Shown here piece after piece: positions 36,891 to 49,535 of a stretch of 64,000 nt of DNA. The translations under genes were made by a program, and so were the position numbers. Within the stretch, counting starts at the first letter, position 1. Each line of letters begins with the position of its first letter. The notes under the pieces were generated by a model, which worked only from the letters and a program-made list of their open reading frames with translations, had not been told where the DNA came from and searched no databases. Source of the DNA: Narcine bancroftii (Eukaryota); contig NC_091475.1 in the NCBI RefSeq assembly GCF_036971445.1, positions 157,418,001 to 157,482,000 of the forward strand, in the 5' to 3' direction.

Positions 36891-37589
36891 CTTTTCTTTG
36901 GCTTGGCTTCGCGGACGAAGATTTATGGAGGGGGTAAAAAGTCCACGTCAGCTGCAGGCTCGTTTGTGGCTGACAAGTCCGATGCGGGACAGGCAGACAC
37001 GATTGCAGCGGTTGCAGGGGAAAATTGGTTGGTTGGGGTTGGGTGTTGGGTTTTTCCTCCTTTGCCTTTTGTCAGTGAGGTGGGCTCTGCGGTCTTCTTC
37101 AAAGGAGGTTGCTGCCCGCCAAACTGTGAGGCGCCAAGATGCACGGTTTGAGGCGTTATCAGCCCACTGGCGGTGGTCAATGTGGCAGGCACCAAGAGAT
37201 TTCTTTAGGCAGTCCTTGTACCTTTTCTTTGGTGCACCTCTGTCACGGTGGCCAGTGGAGAGCTCACCATATAACAGGATCTTGGGAAGGCGATGGTCCT
37301 CCATTCTGGAGACGTGACCCATCCAGCGCAGCTGGATCTTCAGCAGCGTGGACTCGATGCTGTCGACCTCTGCCATCTCGAGTACTTCGACGTTAGGGAT
37401 GAAAGCGCTCCAATGGATGTTGAGGTTGGAGCGGAGACAACGCTGGTGGAAGCGTTCTAGGAGCCGTAGGTGGTGCCGGTAGAGGACCCATGATTCGGAG
37501 CCGAACAGGAGTGTGGGTATGACAACGGCTCTGTATACGCTTATCTTTGTGAGGTTTTTCAGTTGGTTGTTTTTCCAGACTCTTTTGTG
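36891..37589 (-). mobile_element. RTE LINE, 5'-truncated, open frame
   Basis: ORF 36948..37595: VYRAVVIPTLLFGSESW..QLRWMGHVSRMEDHRLPK..FPCNRCNRVCLSRIGLVSHKRAC. Confidence 0.92.
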
Positions 37590-37860
37590 GGTCATGCAAT
37601 GTCTGTAGGAAAACAGACAGTTGAAGTATTGGGTTGAAACCCTGCTTCAGGATTGAGAAAGGAGAGAGTTGAAGGGCGATATTAAAGAGGAGACGAGGAA
37701 AGGTTAGAAGGTGATACATGAACAATGGAAGAGAGAACGATTATGAACAGGTGGAGCCAGATGGGGAAACAAGAGGGGTGGAGTTGGGAGACTGAGTCAG
37801 GAGAATAAGAGGTGGAAGCGGACAAAGGAGGTAAAGAAGGTAGATGATGGCAGGATGAGG

Positions 37861-37863
<3 letters not shown>

Positions 37864-37914
<51 letters not shown>
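37864..37914. repeat. (GT)n microsatellite
   Basis: Direct reading. Confidence 0.95.
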
Positions 37915-37915
<1 letters not shown>

Positions 37916-38264
37916 TGACCTCAACAGATTAGAAGCAAAGAAATGGACCCGGGGAGGTGGCTACTATAAATTGGAGAATTCAATGTTAATATCGTTGAAT
38001 TGTAGCCTACCCAGGTCAAATATGGATTGGCCTCATCAGTGCAATAGACGAGGCTGAGAATAAACTGGTTAATATAAGAAGGGAAATTAAAGTGGCTTGC
38101 AACAGGAAGCTCTCGTTGGCATGTGATGGCAGAGTGAAGCAGGGCAGGGATTTTTGGCAGAGCATTATTAACTCTAGAACTAAATTTGCTGGAAACTTTC
38201 CAGCTTGGCTGATTTCAGAGACTGAGGATATCTGGGGATATGGGTGGCCTTGGAATTAGAAATG

Positions 38265-38450
38265 AAAACAGGAAATAATCAAAACATTTATCAGGCCAGG
38301 CAGCATCTGTGGAAAGTGAAACATTTTATGCTACAGGTCTGAAACTTTTCAGCCTGGACCTGAAATCTTTCTCTTTCCATCAATGCTTTTTGACTTAATG
38401 AGGGTTTCCAGCATTTTCTGTTTTTATTTCAAATTTCCGTCATTGGCATT
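38265..38450. repeat. Palindromic Penelope-terminus-derived short repeat
   Basis: aaacaggaaa..caggcagcatctgtgga..caggtc mirrored by gacctgaaa..tccatcaatgct..ccagcattttctgttt. Confidence 0.45.
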
Positions 38451-38629
38451 ATTTTTGATTTTTCTCCATTATTGGACAAGAACACAGAAGATGGGGGGGG
38501 GAGGGGAGGGGGCAGCAGGTGGACCAGTTGGCCTAAAATGGGCCTAAAACTTTGAGTGGGCCTCCCTCTGGTAGGGACCCTTTGCCTTCATCCAACAGTC
38601 AAGATCAGTGTGGTCATTCTCTGATTCAC

Positions 38630-39075
38630 ATTTTAAAAATATTTTATTAAAAATTTTAAATCGCATCAAAAAATACATAAATGGATGTATTGATATCAAA
38701 TTACATGTGGATATTTTCAACCCTCTCTCTCTCCTCCCTCCCAACTTCCCTCCCAAACTCTTCCTCTTTCTAATCTAATGATAAAAATAAAAGATAGATA
38801 AAAGAAGGAATATATATATGTAGATAATATAGAAGCATGTCAATCCAAAAATATAAATTGATCTAAATCGTGGAGTACAGGTTATCCCATCAGACCAGAT
38901 ATTGAGAGATCTTTAAATTTTAAAACCAACTCTTTTTGTATACGAGCTCCATATTTTCAAAAAGAAATGATACTTATTGCATAAATTATAAGTATTTTTT
39001 TCAAGTGAAATACATGAACTCAATTCTGCGTGCCATCTCTCTAACCCTAAATCTACATTAGATTTTCTGATTCAC
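38630..39075 (-). mobile_element. L1-type 3' end
   Basis: Resembles the L1 3' ends at 17.0-17.4 and 34.2-34.7 kb. Confidence 0.55.
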
Positions 39076-39477
39076 ATCGATGGTGATGTCTAGCTAGGAA
39101 GTCAGTAATTGATTTAGACTTTCTGACGGCTTCTTCTTGCATTTTGACATGATGCACTACGTTCAAATTTTTTCATTGTGAAAATCTTCTAGGTCAGTCA
39201 TTTTACTTCCACCCATGACCAATAGTAATATTTTGATATTAATTAATAAAACAAGAATCAATGTAAGTTTATAACATTTGATTCAATGTTTCTGCTGCCT
39301 TCAGTATGATACCTCTGACAGAAGCATCATCCCTCCCCATCAACATTTACAAAGGGGTTTCCCTCTTTAAACCCCTGATTCATTCTTTCACTAAGACTAA
39401 GACCTTTTCACTTCCACTCCCCCTTCAACCACGCGACCTGTCCTTTGACCTCATTCCTTCCCACCATCTTGGGAGAT

Positions 39478-39650
39478 TTGCTGTTCAAATTCAGTGCTGT
39501 CAGTAAGGAGTTTGTACGCTCTGCCTATGGTTTCCTCCAGGTGATCCGGTTTTCTCACAGCCACTAAAAACATAAGGGGTTTGTTGGTTAATTAGGATAC
39601 TTGGACAACAGGGGCTCATGGGGGAGAAAGGCCTGCTTCCACGCTACTTC
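39478..39650 (+). mobile_element. V-SINE (HE1-like) fragment
   Basis: gttcaaattc B-box-like motif, then V-domain-like gtaaggagtttgtacg..ggtttcctccaggtgatccggttttctcacag. Confidence 0.65.
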
Positions 39651-40306
39651 CATGCTACTCGTAGGGGACACCCAACTCAAAAGGATGCCAAAATTACTTC
39701 AGGGTGAAAGTGTTCTTTAACATCATTGCCTTTGTTATCAAAGGCCTTCACATCGCTTTTCTGCAGTCAGGGACATCTGTGGACTTTTTGAATTTTCTGT
39801 GACACTTTAGCCAGTTTAGATGAGAATGAGTTGCTACTAAAAGCTAATCAGTTTTAGCTGCGATACCCAAGACATATTTCAAGTGACACTCAGAGTGAAG
39901 TGTATCTTCTTGAAAGAAGTTTTGATGTGAATTTCAAACTCGATGCCATATTACCAAAGACATTTTATGGTCAAATTTTGAACTTGAGAATGGGCAATAT
40001 TTTCCCAAATGTCCTCATCGTGTGGTGCATTTTTCAGTCATTGCCAGCACAACTGTGGCCTCTAATGAGACAAATTAAGTCATACTTTTGATCACAATGG
40101 TACAAGAAAGTTTGAATGGATCAGCAATTTTGAACATCAACAGTGACAATACAAAGTTGCTTGATTTTCCTGATGTAATTGATGAATTTGTCTAAAGAAA
40201 AGCACCCAAACGATTTCTGAATGTGAAGAAGTGTTGACCATTTCTGATCTGAAATTCCAAAATCATGAATGTACCATTGCATTTACTATTTCTTACTACA
40301 GTACTG

Positions 40307-41181
40307 TTCTTTGTCTTGGCTTTGAGGATGAAGATTTATGGAGGGGTAATGTCCACGTCAGCTGCAGGCTCGTTTGTGGCTGACAAGTCCGATGCGGGAC
40401 AGGCAGACACGGTTGCAGCGGTTGCAAGGGAAAATGGGTGGGTTGGGATTGGGTGTTGGGTTTTTTCTCCTTTGTCTTTTGTCAGTGAGGTGGGGTCTGC
40501 GGTCTTCTTCAAAGGAGGTTGCTGCCCGCCGAACTGTGAGGCGTCAAGATGCACGGTTTGAGGCGAGATCAGCCCACTGACGGTGGTCAATGTGGCAGGC
40601 ACCAAGAGATTTCTTTAGGCAGTCCTTGTACCTCTTCTTTGGTACACCTCTGTCACGGTGGCCAGTGGAGAGCTCGCCATATAACACAATCTTGGGAAGG
40701 CGATGGTCCTCCATTCTGGAGACGTGACCTACCCAGCGCAGTTGGATCTTCAGCAGCGTGGATTCGATGCTGTCGGTCTCTGCCATCTCGAGTACTTCGA
40801 TGTTAGGGATGAAGTCGCTCCAATGAATGTTGAGGATGGAGTGGAGACAACGCTGGTGGAAGCGTTCTAGGAGCTGTAGGTGATGCCGGTAGAGGACCCA
40901 TGTTTCGGAGCCGAACAGGAGTGTGGGTATGACAACGGCTCTGTATACGCTAATCTTTGTGAGGTTTTTCAGTTGGTTGTTTTTCCAGACTCTTTTGTGT
41001 AGTCTTCCAAAGGCGCTATTTGCCTTGGTGAGTCTGTTGTCTATCTCGTTGTCGATCCTTGCATCTGATGAGATGGTGCAGCCGAGATAGGTAAAGTGGT
41101 TGACCGTTTTGAGTTTTGTGTGCCTGATGGAGATGTGGGGGGCTGGTAGTCACGGTGGGGCGCTGGCTGATGGAGGACCTC
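40307..41181 (-). mobile_element. RTE LINE, 5'-truncated
   Basis: ORF 40544..40786; nucleotide similarity to 43560-44450. Confidence 0.9.
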
Positions 41182-41354
41182 TATTGTCTTATATCCATTT
41201 TGAATAAAATTACTTGCCTTTACCTTTTTTTATAAATTGCGTTAGTTCTTTTTATTCTGTTCTGTTACTTGTAGTTACATTATGTATATGTATATACCCA
41301 TACATAAACTATATGTATTTAGCACTGATTACAAAAATACTTAATGAGCAGTTT

Positions 41355-41715
41355 GAAATGGGGCCTACATTTCCCACCTGGCCTGGGCCTATTACCAGCT
41401 TTGTATGGACCCTTTGCCTCTCATTGATTTGCTAACCTATATAAACCTATTCCACCATCAATCTAACATTTCCCATCCTCACAGTCCATACCGTCTATTT
41501 TCATTATATCCCTATTGTACCAACCTCCACCACCACCACCCCTGGCAATGCATTCCAGTCACCCTCCACTCTCTGTGCATTTTTTTCCCTCTGAAATCTC
41601 CCCTAAACGTCCCTCCACTCATCAAAAACAGACATCCTCTGGCATTGACTATAACTGCCATGGGAAAATGGTACTAGCTGTCCACCCTAGCATTGCCTCT
41701 CATAATCTTATACAT
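41355..41715 (-). mobile_element. CR1-type LINE 3' end
   Basis: Reverse-complement similarity to 45200-45640. Confidence 0.55.
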
Positions 41716-41719
41716 CCCA

Positions 41720-41995
41720 TGCTGTCTGCCCCAGCCCCGTAGTCCCGTGCCAGGGGTGGGGAGGGGGGGCTGTCAGGCAGCGAGGAGGGGGCTGTCGGCA
41801 GTGGGGAGGGGAGCTGTCAGACAGCTGCCCCTGCCCTGACTCAGGAGCTGGCATTTGCTCCATGGCACCTCTCTCCACTGCGGTCCTTTCAGGTGGCAGA
41901 ACATTGCCTTCAGCGCTGCCACCTGAACTCCTTTCGCAGACACCTGCAGCCGCTCCGGAGCCGCATTCTCCAGACGATTCCACCTGAAAGCGGCT
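41720..41995. mobile_element. GC-rich Harbinger-like MITE fragment (right terminus)
   Basis: Ends cacctgaaagcggct|aa; internal inverted ttcaggtggc..gccacctgaa; relative at 59643-60060. Confidence 0.5.
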
Positions 41996-42172
41996 AAAGA
42001 TACATGACCAACATTTTGAGCTTGAGCCCTTCATCAAGGTATGAGCTCGAAAGATTGGTTATACTGCATATCTTTATCTTTGCTACAAAAAGGACCCCGC
42101 TTAACCTGCTGATTTTCTTCCTCATTGTATTATTATTCAAATCATGGTGCCTGCGGCCTTTCATGTTTTACT
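41996..42172. repeat. Penelope terminal fragments in inverted arrangement
   Basis: Minus cttgatgaagggctcaagctcaaaat, then plus gagctcgaaag..acctgctgattttcttcc. Confidence 0.45.
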
Positions 42173-43559
42173 CTTATAATGGGGAAACCAGACTGAAAAC
42201 AAAAATTGAAGTAAAATTTATTTATTATTGGCGGGGTTTTGGGGAGAGGGGGAATGATTGGTTTATCATGAACTGACTTACATTAGGTGGGTCAAAACTG
42301 TATATTACAGTCCAAAGTTCAGTGGTAATTTTTTATCAATGCACAATTGATTCATGCTCACTGGCAATGAACTGAAACTACCCACACTCACTCATACAAA
42401 CAGCTATTATAGCAAGCAGGCAAAAAAATCTAAAGTCATCATCCTGTATTTAAGAAGTGAATTCTGTTTTCTCATCCAATGAGTATTTATTTGATGGACA
42501 GCTTCACTTGTTGATAATAAACACGATAAGGAAAAAGTGTATTTTTGACCGATAGTTGTTAAAACTCATTAACAATGAGCCTCTCACCTTTTTTTTAAAG
42601 TGTGGATGGAGAATGATCTCTATAGAGGGAGCCAGTAAGTTGTGTTTAACTTCATTCCGTCTAACATACTTCACATTAATCAGAATGTAATTTATTTACT
42701 CGCTCTCTGGAGAATGAAATAATTCTCCCAAATGTGAAAATATATTTTCTTAAACACCGTCAATTTTTTATATCCTCCTTCTGAAGTTTATGTTTGTGAT
42801 GTAATTATTAGTAAAAGAAATATGAACTAATGTAATTACCTTGTGTTTCTGTCACTGCAGGATTCAAGTTAATATATATTTTCTCCCAGTATTTATATAT
42901 GAACCCAATATTCATACATTGAAATCAGTAAAGTAATGTGATTAGCTTGTCTTAAAGTTACTCTTTAAAAGTAAGTGGTTAATTATTTATAATGCCCACA
43001 TCAATAACACTAATTTTCATTTTTATTGAATCTTTCAGCATGGAAAAATATGGCAAGAAGTTTTATAGAAGTATAATCAGGGCAGAAATAGCTATGGAGA
43101 AAAAGAATAGAAAGTAGGACAGTAATGAAAGATTAATCGAAAGAGCAGATTTTCAGGAGCCAGGAATTTGTAAGGGAGGAATTTCTCAATTTGGCCAAAT
43201 ATCACTGATGTTCAGCTCATAAATGTTGAGGTGAAAGGTAGGTCAGTATTAGAGGAGAGAGTTGGACAGGGGGGAATCTGAGGATAGAGAGGGAAGGGTA
43301 TGAGGAACTTAAAAATATGAGAATTTTAATTTTAGAACAGTGAACTATGAAGGGCAACAATATTTGGCATAACTGAATAGCATCAGCAGAATTTTTGGAT
43401 TAACTCAAATTTATTGAGGGGCTGGGGAGAGATTAACAGAGAGAATAGGTTCAGAATGTTCAAATATGAAGGGGACAAGGAGATGAATGAATATCTTGAA
43501 GGAAGAAAGGTTGATGCTGGAGAAGAGCACCAAGTCCAAAATTATTATATTTTTTTCAC

Positions 43560-44936
43560 TTCTTTCTTTGGCTTGGCTTCGCGGATGAAGATTTATGGAG
43601 GGGTATGTCCACGTCTGCTGCAGGCTCGTTGGTGACTGACAAGTCCGATGTGGGACAGGCAGGCATGGTTGCAGCGGTTGCAAGGGAAAATTGGTTGGTT
43701 GGGGTTGGGTGTTGGGTTTTTCCTCCTTTGTCTTTTGTCAGTGAGGTGGGCTCTGCGGTCTTCTTCAAAGGAGGTTGCTGCCCGCCGAACTGTGAGGTGC
43801 CAAGATGCACGGTTTGAGGCGATATCAGCCCACTGGCGGTGGTCAATGTGGCAGGCACCAAGAGATTTCTTTAAGCAGTCCTTGTACCTCTTCTTTGGTG
43901 CACCTCTGTCTCGGTGGCCAGTGGAGAGCTCGCCATATAGCACGATCTTGGGAAGGCGATGGTCCTCCATTCTGGAGATATGACCCACCCAGCGCAGTTG
44001 GGTCTTCAGCAGCGTGGATTCAATGCTTGCGGACTCTGCCAGCTCGAGTACTTCGATGTTGGTGATGAAGTCATTCCAATGAATGTTGAGGATGGAGCGG
44101 AGACAGCGCTGATGAAAGCATTCTAGGAGCCGTAGGTGATGCCGGTAGAGGACCCATGATTCGGAGCCGAACAGGAGCGTGGGTATGACAACGGCTCTGT
44201 ACACGCTGATCTTTGTGTGTTTCTTCAGGTGGTTGTTTTTCCAGACTCTTTTGTGTAGTCTTCCAAAGGTGCTATTTACCTTGGCGAGTCTGTTGTCTAT
44301 CTCTTTGTCGATCCTTGCATCCGATGAAATGGTGCAGCCGAGGTAGGTAAACTGGTTGACCATTTTGAGTTCAGTGTGCCTGATGGAGATGTGGGGGGGG
44401 AGGGGGCTGGTGGTCATGGTGGGGAGCTGGCTGATGGAGGACCTCAGTTTTCTTCAGGCTGACTTCCAGGCCAAACATTTTGGCAGTTTCCGCAAAATAG
44501 GATGTCATGCACTGGCGAGCTGGCTCTGAATGGGCAACTAAAGTGGCATCGTCTGCAAAGAGTAGTTCACGGACAAGTTGCTCTTGTGTCTTGGTGTGAG
44601 TTTGCAGACGCCTCAGTTGAAGAGACTGCCATCTTTGCGGTACCAGATGTAAACACCGTCTTCATTGTTGAGGTCTTTATTGGTTTGTTTCAGCATCATG
44701 CTGAAGAAGATAGTAAAGAGGATTGGTGCGAGGACGCAGCCTTGCTTCACGCCATTGTCAATGGAGAAGGGTTCGAAGAGCTCATTGCTGTATCTGACCC
44801 GACCTTGTTGGTTTTCGTGCAGTTGTATAACCATGATGAGGAACTTGGGAGGGCATCCGAGGTGCTCTAGTATTTGCCAAAGGCCTTTCCTGCTCACGGT
44901 GTCAAAGGCTTTGGTGAGGTCAACAAAGGTGATGTA
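43560..44936 (-). mobile_element. RTE LINE, longest copy (RT plus C-terminus)
   Basis: ORFs 44613..44993 (FVDLTKAFDTVSR..GVKQGCVLAPILF) and 43593..44417 (FTYLG..C-terminal CxxC..H..C). Confidence 0.93.
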
Positions 44937-45160
44937 CAGCACAGAAGAAACTGATTCCAGTGATTGAAACCCATCCAGCCCAATTACATCCAATTAACCT
45001 ATAACCCTGCACATTTTGTATGGTGGGCAGAAACCAGAGCATCTGGGGTAAATCCATGCAGGTCACCGGGAGAGGATAAAAACTTCTAACAGACAATGTT
45101 GGATTTGAATCTGGGTTGCTGGCGCTGTAATGGTGTATTGGTGACCGTTATGCGCTAACT
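44937..45160 (-). mobile_element. V-SINE (HE1-like)
   Basis: Homologous to 45925-46167. Confidence 0.6.
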
Positions 45161-45199
45161 ATGTTATTGCATAGTTGTCTATGTGACAGAAAACAAATG

Positions 45200-45648
45200 G
45201 TATCATGAGCTTTGCTTTAATTTGAATACACAGTTGGGGTTAAGATCACCAGGTCGATAGGCTAGACCTTTATTCTTTGGAGCAAAGAAGGATGAGGAGT
45301 GACATTATAAAGGTTTATAAGATCATGCAAGACATAAATAAAATGAATGCTCGGTCTTCTTCCAATGGTAGATGATTTTATAACTAGACGGCATAGGTTT
45401 AAGATGAGAGAGGAGAGATTTTAGGGACTTTGAAGGTCAACATTTTGGCTTGGAGAGCTGTCCATATCTGGAATGAGCTGCCAGAGGAAGCTATATGATG
45501 GGGTCCAATTAGAAAAAAGAAATTTGGACAGATATATGGATAGGAAGGGTTGAGAAGGATGTGAACCAAATGGGAGTAGACCAAGGTGCCAACTTAGTTG
45601 GCATGAATGAACTGGCCAAAGGGCCTGTTCTATGAATCTATGGTCTAG
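45200..45648 (+). mobile_element. CR1-type LINE 3' end
   Basis: LYSLEQRRMRSDIIKVYKI-like sequence; tggaatgagctgccagag; end gggcctgttctatg. Confidence 0.7.
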
Positions 45649-45924
45649 CCTGAAATTGTGACTGAGCAGGCCAATGGAATTGGAAGCAAACAAGCAGAGT
45701 AGGCATTGGAGACTGAAATTACTGGCCTTTGTCTTCCCAGCATTTAACTAGAGAAGATCAGGTTCATTTTAAACATCCTCAGACAGACCTGGGATCCTTG
45801 TGCATGAAACAAGAAGGGCGAGCTTGCATGTACTGTACTAAACATAATTAGGAAGGCTATCAGAATGTTGATCTTTATGGCAAAGAGTATAATTTTTAAT
45901 TTTAATTGAATTTAATTTTTTAAA

Positions 45925-46167
45925 TTTTAGGTATAAAGCACGGTAACAGGCCCTTTTGGCTTATGAGCCCGTGCTACCCAATTACACCCAATTAACCTAC
46001 AACTCCCAATAGGTTTTGAACAGTGGGAGGAAACATGACACCGGGGAAAACCCATGAAAACACGAAGAGATTGTACAAACTCCTTACAGGCAGCACTGGA
46101 TTCAAACCCTGGTCCTAACCGCTGGTGCTGTAACAGCATTGTTCTAACCACTGGGCTAAGCATGTCA
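45925..46167 (-). mobile_element. V-SINE (HE1-like), near full length
   Basis: Minus strand: tRNA-like head (ttagcccagtggttag..gggtttgaatcc), V domain gtaaggagtttgtac..gggttttccccggtg..tttcctccca, LINE-like tail. Confidence 0.75.
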
Positions 46168-46604
46168 CTCAGTATGGAACATAAATATAAGAAAGTTTTT
46201 ATGCAATGTTTTAGGGTATTGGTGGGACTGCTCCTGGAGTTCTGTATATAGGTTTGGTCTTTTTAAAGAAAGATGTACTTGTATTGAAGGCAGGGAGGAT
46301 TCTGGGATGAAAGGGCTGACATATGAATAAAGATTAAGTAAGTTGCACCTATACTCTTTGCTGCTTTGAAGAATTCGAGGTGGTCATATTGAAGCATAAA
46401 ATTCTGAGGTGGATTAGGATAGATGGAGAAAGAATGTTACCCCTCTGCAGAAAAATAGAATTAGGGACATAATTTCAGATTAGAGGGTTGTCCTTTTTGA
46501 TGGATATGAGGAGGATATATTTTCTCTTAGAGGTTTGTAAAGGCTTTGGAATTCTATATCTCATTGTGCTGTTAAGACAGACTCATTAAATATATTCAAT
46601 GCAA

Positions 46605-46830
46605 AAGAGTGAAACAAGAAAGTCTGCAGAACATGTGATATACATAGTAAAGACACAAAATTACTGGAGAAACTCAGGAAGTTCTGCAGTGTCTGTAGGA
46701 GGCAAGGATATATAACTAACATTTCGGGCCTGAAGCCTTTATCGAGGTATTCAGGCACCTGAATAAAAAAAGTGGAGTGAGGAAGGAAGAAGGGGCAGGG
46801 GGAGGAGCATAGGCCAACATAAGCCTTTCT
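46605..46830 (-). repeat. Penelope-like terminal fragment
   Basis: Reverse-complement similarity to 49240-49385; minus ctcgataaaggcttcaggcccgaaat. Confidence 0.55.
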
Positions 46831-47039
46831 CTCCTGCTCTCTTATCTTGGCTGTTGGCTTCTTGACTCTAAGAGGCACCTTTCTTTTTCCATTCAGAGGA
46901 ATGGTGGGTACTTGGAATGAGGTGGCAGAGAAGGTGATTGAAGCAGGTGCAATAGCAACATTGTAAAGACATTTGGATAGGGGCACAGATAGTAATAATT
47001 TAGAAGGATATAGGACAAACACAGGCAAATGGGATTGAA

Positions 47040-48660
47040 CACCTTCTATTCACGGTTTGATGAAAAGAACAGGATGACGCCAAAGAAAGCTCTGTGTCCT
47101 CCTGATGAACTGGCCCACTGCATAGCTGGGGCTGAGGTGAAGAGAACCCTATCCAAGGTGAACTCACAAAAGGAGGCTGGCCAGACAACATACCTGGTCA
47201 AGTACTGAAGAAATGCGTAGACCAATGTCTTCATGGACATCTTCCACACTTCTCTGCAGCAGTCCATCATTTCTGCAGGGTTCAAGACAGCCACCATCAC
47301 CCTGGTACCCAAGAGGGTGACAATAACAGGCCTCAATGACCACCACCTGGTGACACTTACTTCCACCATAATGAAATGCTTCAAGCGTCTGATGATGGAA
47401 CTCATCAAAGCACACCTCCAAGAAATGCTGGATCCATTTCAATTTGCCTATAGAAGAAAAAATTCCAGACAATGCTATAGCCTTGTTGTTTCACTCCATC
47501 CTGGCCCACCTGGAGAATGATGCCTCGTATACCAGGGTGCTGTTCATCAACTTCGGATTGGCATTTAATACGATCATTCCCCAGAGGCCAGTGTGTCCCC
47601 ACTGGGACTCAACACTCCTCTCTGTAATTGGATACTGGACTTCCTAATGGAAAGACCATGGTCTATCCAGGTCGGTAGCAGAATATTGAGGACCGTCACA
47701 CTGAGCAGTGGTGCACCTCAGAGCTGTATGCTCAGCCCGCTCCTGTTCATGCCACTGACCCATGACTGCATCACCAGATCCAGCATCAACAGTGTCATCA
47801 AGTCTGCAGATGATGCAACAGTAGTTGGTCTCGTCAGCAACAATGATGAGTCACGCGACAGAGATGAGGTGGAAAATCTAGTGAAATGATGTGAGAGTAA
47901 CAAGCTGTACAAGAGGAAGGAAAGGATTGTGGACTTCAGGAAGACCAGGAACCATCTCTGCAGTAAAGAGAGTGGAAAGCACTATGTTCCTTGGAGTTCA
48001 CTTAACTAGTCACCTATTGTGGACACTCAACATCTCCTCACTTGTCATGAAGATGGAACAGTGATTGTACTTCCTGAGAAGACTAAAGTGGGCAAGGCTA
48101 CAACCACTATTTTGTCAACCTTCTATAGGAGCTCTCTCAAGAGCACCCTGGCCAGCTGCATCATAGTGTGGAACGGTTGCTGTGGAGAAATAGATCGGAG
48201 GTCAATCCACAGGGCCATAAGAGTGGCAGAGAGATCACTGGAGTCTCCCTCTAACCTCCATCGACGTGATCTAATGGGATCGTTGTCTGAAGAGGGTGCA
48301 CAAAATTATTGAAGACCCCTTCCACAATACACATAGCATCTTTTAGCTACTCTCATTGGGGATGAGATACAGGAGTATCAGATCCAGCACCACCAGGCTG
48401 AGGAACAGCTTTTTCCCATGAGCAGTGAGAATGCTGAGTGACCAAAGAAACTGCTCGCATTAACTATCAGAGATTGTCATTAGTGCTAAACAACATTTAT
48501 TTACACATTTAATTTATATAGATATAATATTTGTCTTGCATATGCATTATTTGACTAGATATATGTTGTGTCTCTGCATGTTTGTACACAGAGGACTGGA
48601 GAACACTTTCGTTTGGTTGTACTTGTACAATCAAATGACAACAAACTTAACTTAACTTCT
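47040..48660 (+). mobile_element. Rex1/Babar LINE, 5'-truncated
   Basis: FKTATITLVPK..LNDHHLVTLTSTIMKCFKRL..DPFQFAYR; GAPQSCMLSPLLF..KSADDATVVGLV; tail (cttaa)n. Confidence 0.9.
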
Positions 48661-49385
48661 AACCTCTCCTCCCCCCATCCACCTCACCTTCCCCTGGATT
48701 TGTTTCTCTCCCTTTTCCCTGTCCTTGCAATATAGATATAATCAATTCTCACCTTTTCCCTTTATCATATCCAATGAACAGCTTTTGTTGGTCTGGACTC
48801 CTCCCCCAGCCAGCACTGTCTCTATTCTGAAGCCCCTTCACACTTTCATACGAGTAAATCGGCATTTCAGTGTCCTGGGATAGGAATAGGGTTTTGCCCT
48901 TTCACACTAGACCACTCCTAACTGGGACACTGAACACTTTCACACTTGCAAGGGTTTATCCCTGGCGTTTGGTCTGTTCTACCTTTAATTAAATGCAATT
49001 GCCCGTTTCACACTTGCCTGATCTTGACGCCAGCATCTGCAGATGCTGGGGATTGTATTAGGGATCAATACTGGCAATCCCCGGCGTGCGATGACATCAT
49101 TTGATGCCGGCATTGAGCAGATTTTGCTTTCACGCTTGCCACTATAAAGGACGATTGGCGTTCGATTCCTGGGATCACTGGCAAGTATGAAAGGGGCTTG
49201 AGATTTCCTGTTTATGGCTTATTCTGCTTATTCTTTGTTTATTCCTTAAAGAAGGCTTTGGCCCGAAACATCAGTAATATATCTTTATCTCCTATGGACA
49301 CTGATAGACTGAATTCCTCCAGCATTTTGATGTGCTTTTACTATAGTCACAGCGTCTTGCAGACTTTTGTGCTTCACTTTTATTT
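48661..49385 (+). repeat. Penelope-like 3'/terminal fragment interrupted by a MITE
   Basis: Pyrimidine-rich start; cttaaagaaggctttggcccgaaac; tgaattcctccagcatt. Confidence 0.55.
48831..49198. mobile_element. PIF/Harbinger-like MITE
   Basis: TIRs agccccttcacact..aagtatgaaaggggct; 3-bp TSD tga on both sides; internal ttcacact repeats. Confidence 0.75.
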
Positions 49386-49535
49386 ATTATGGTACAGTCA
49401 GCGCTACGTTAAAGTAAACAATAAACTTCAATTGATCATTTATTTTTATACCACCTCTTGGCTTTTAAATGTTCTTCAAGGACAATAAATTATCTTTTGA
49501 AAATAAATCAATTTTCCCCAATAACAAAAACACCA

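Larger units (their letters stand above)
36820..38150 (-). mobile_element. Penelope-like element fragment (GIY-YIG C-terminus plus terminus), interrupted by RTE
   Basis: Minus translation near 37970-38025 IFDLGRLQFNDINIEFSN and PVASHFN near 38085-38105; terminal motif at 36820-36890 and 37590-37655. Confidence 0.65.
45770..47040 (+). mobile_element. CR1 fragments interrupted by a V-SINE and a Penelope terminus
   Basis: gacctgggatccttgtgcat..ggagttctgtatataggtttggtc..gaagaattcgaggtggtcatattgaa; resumes at ~46890. Confidence 0.55.

Noticed and set aside
46080-46167. tRNA gene
   Set aside because: A/B-box-like head of a V-SINE; no complete cloverleaf.
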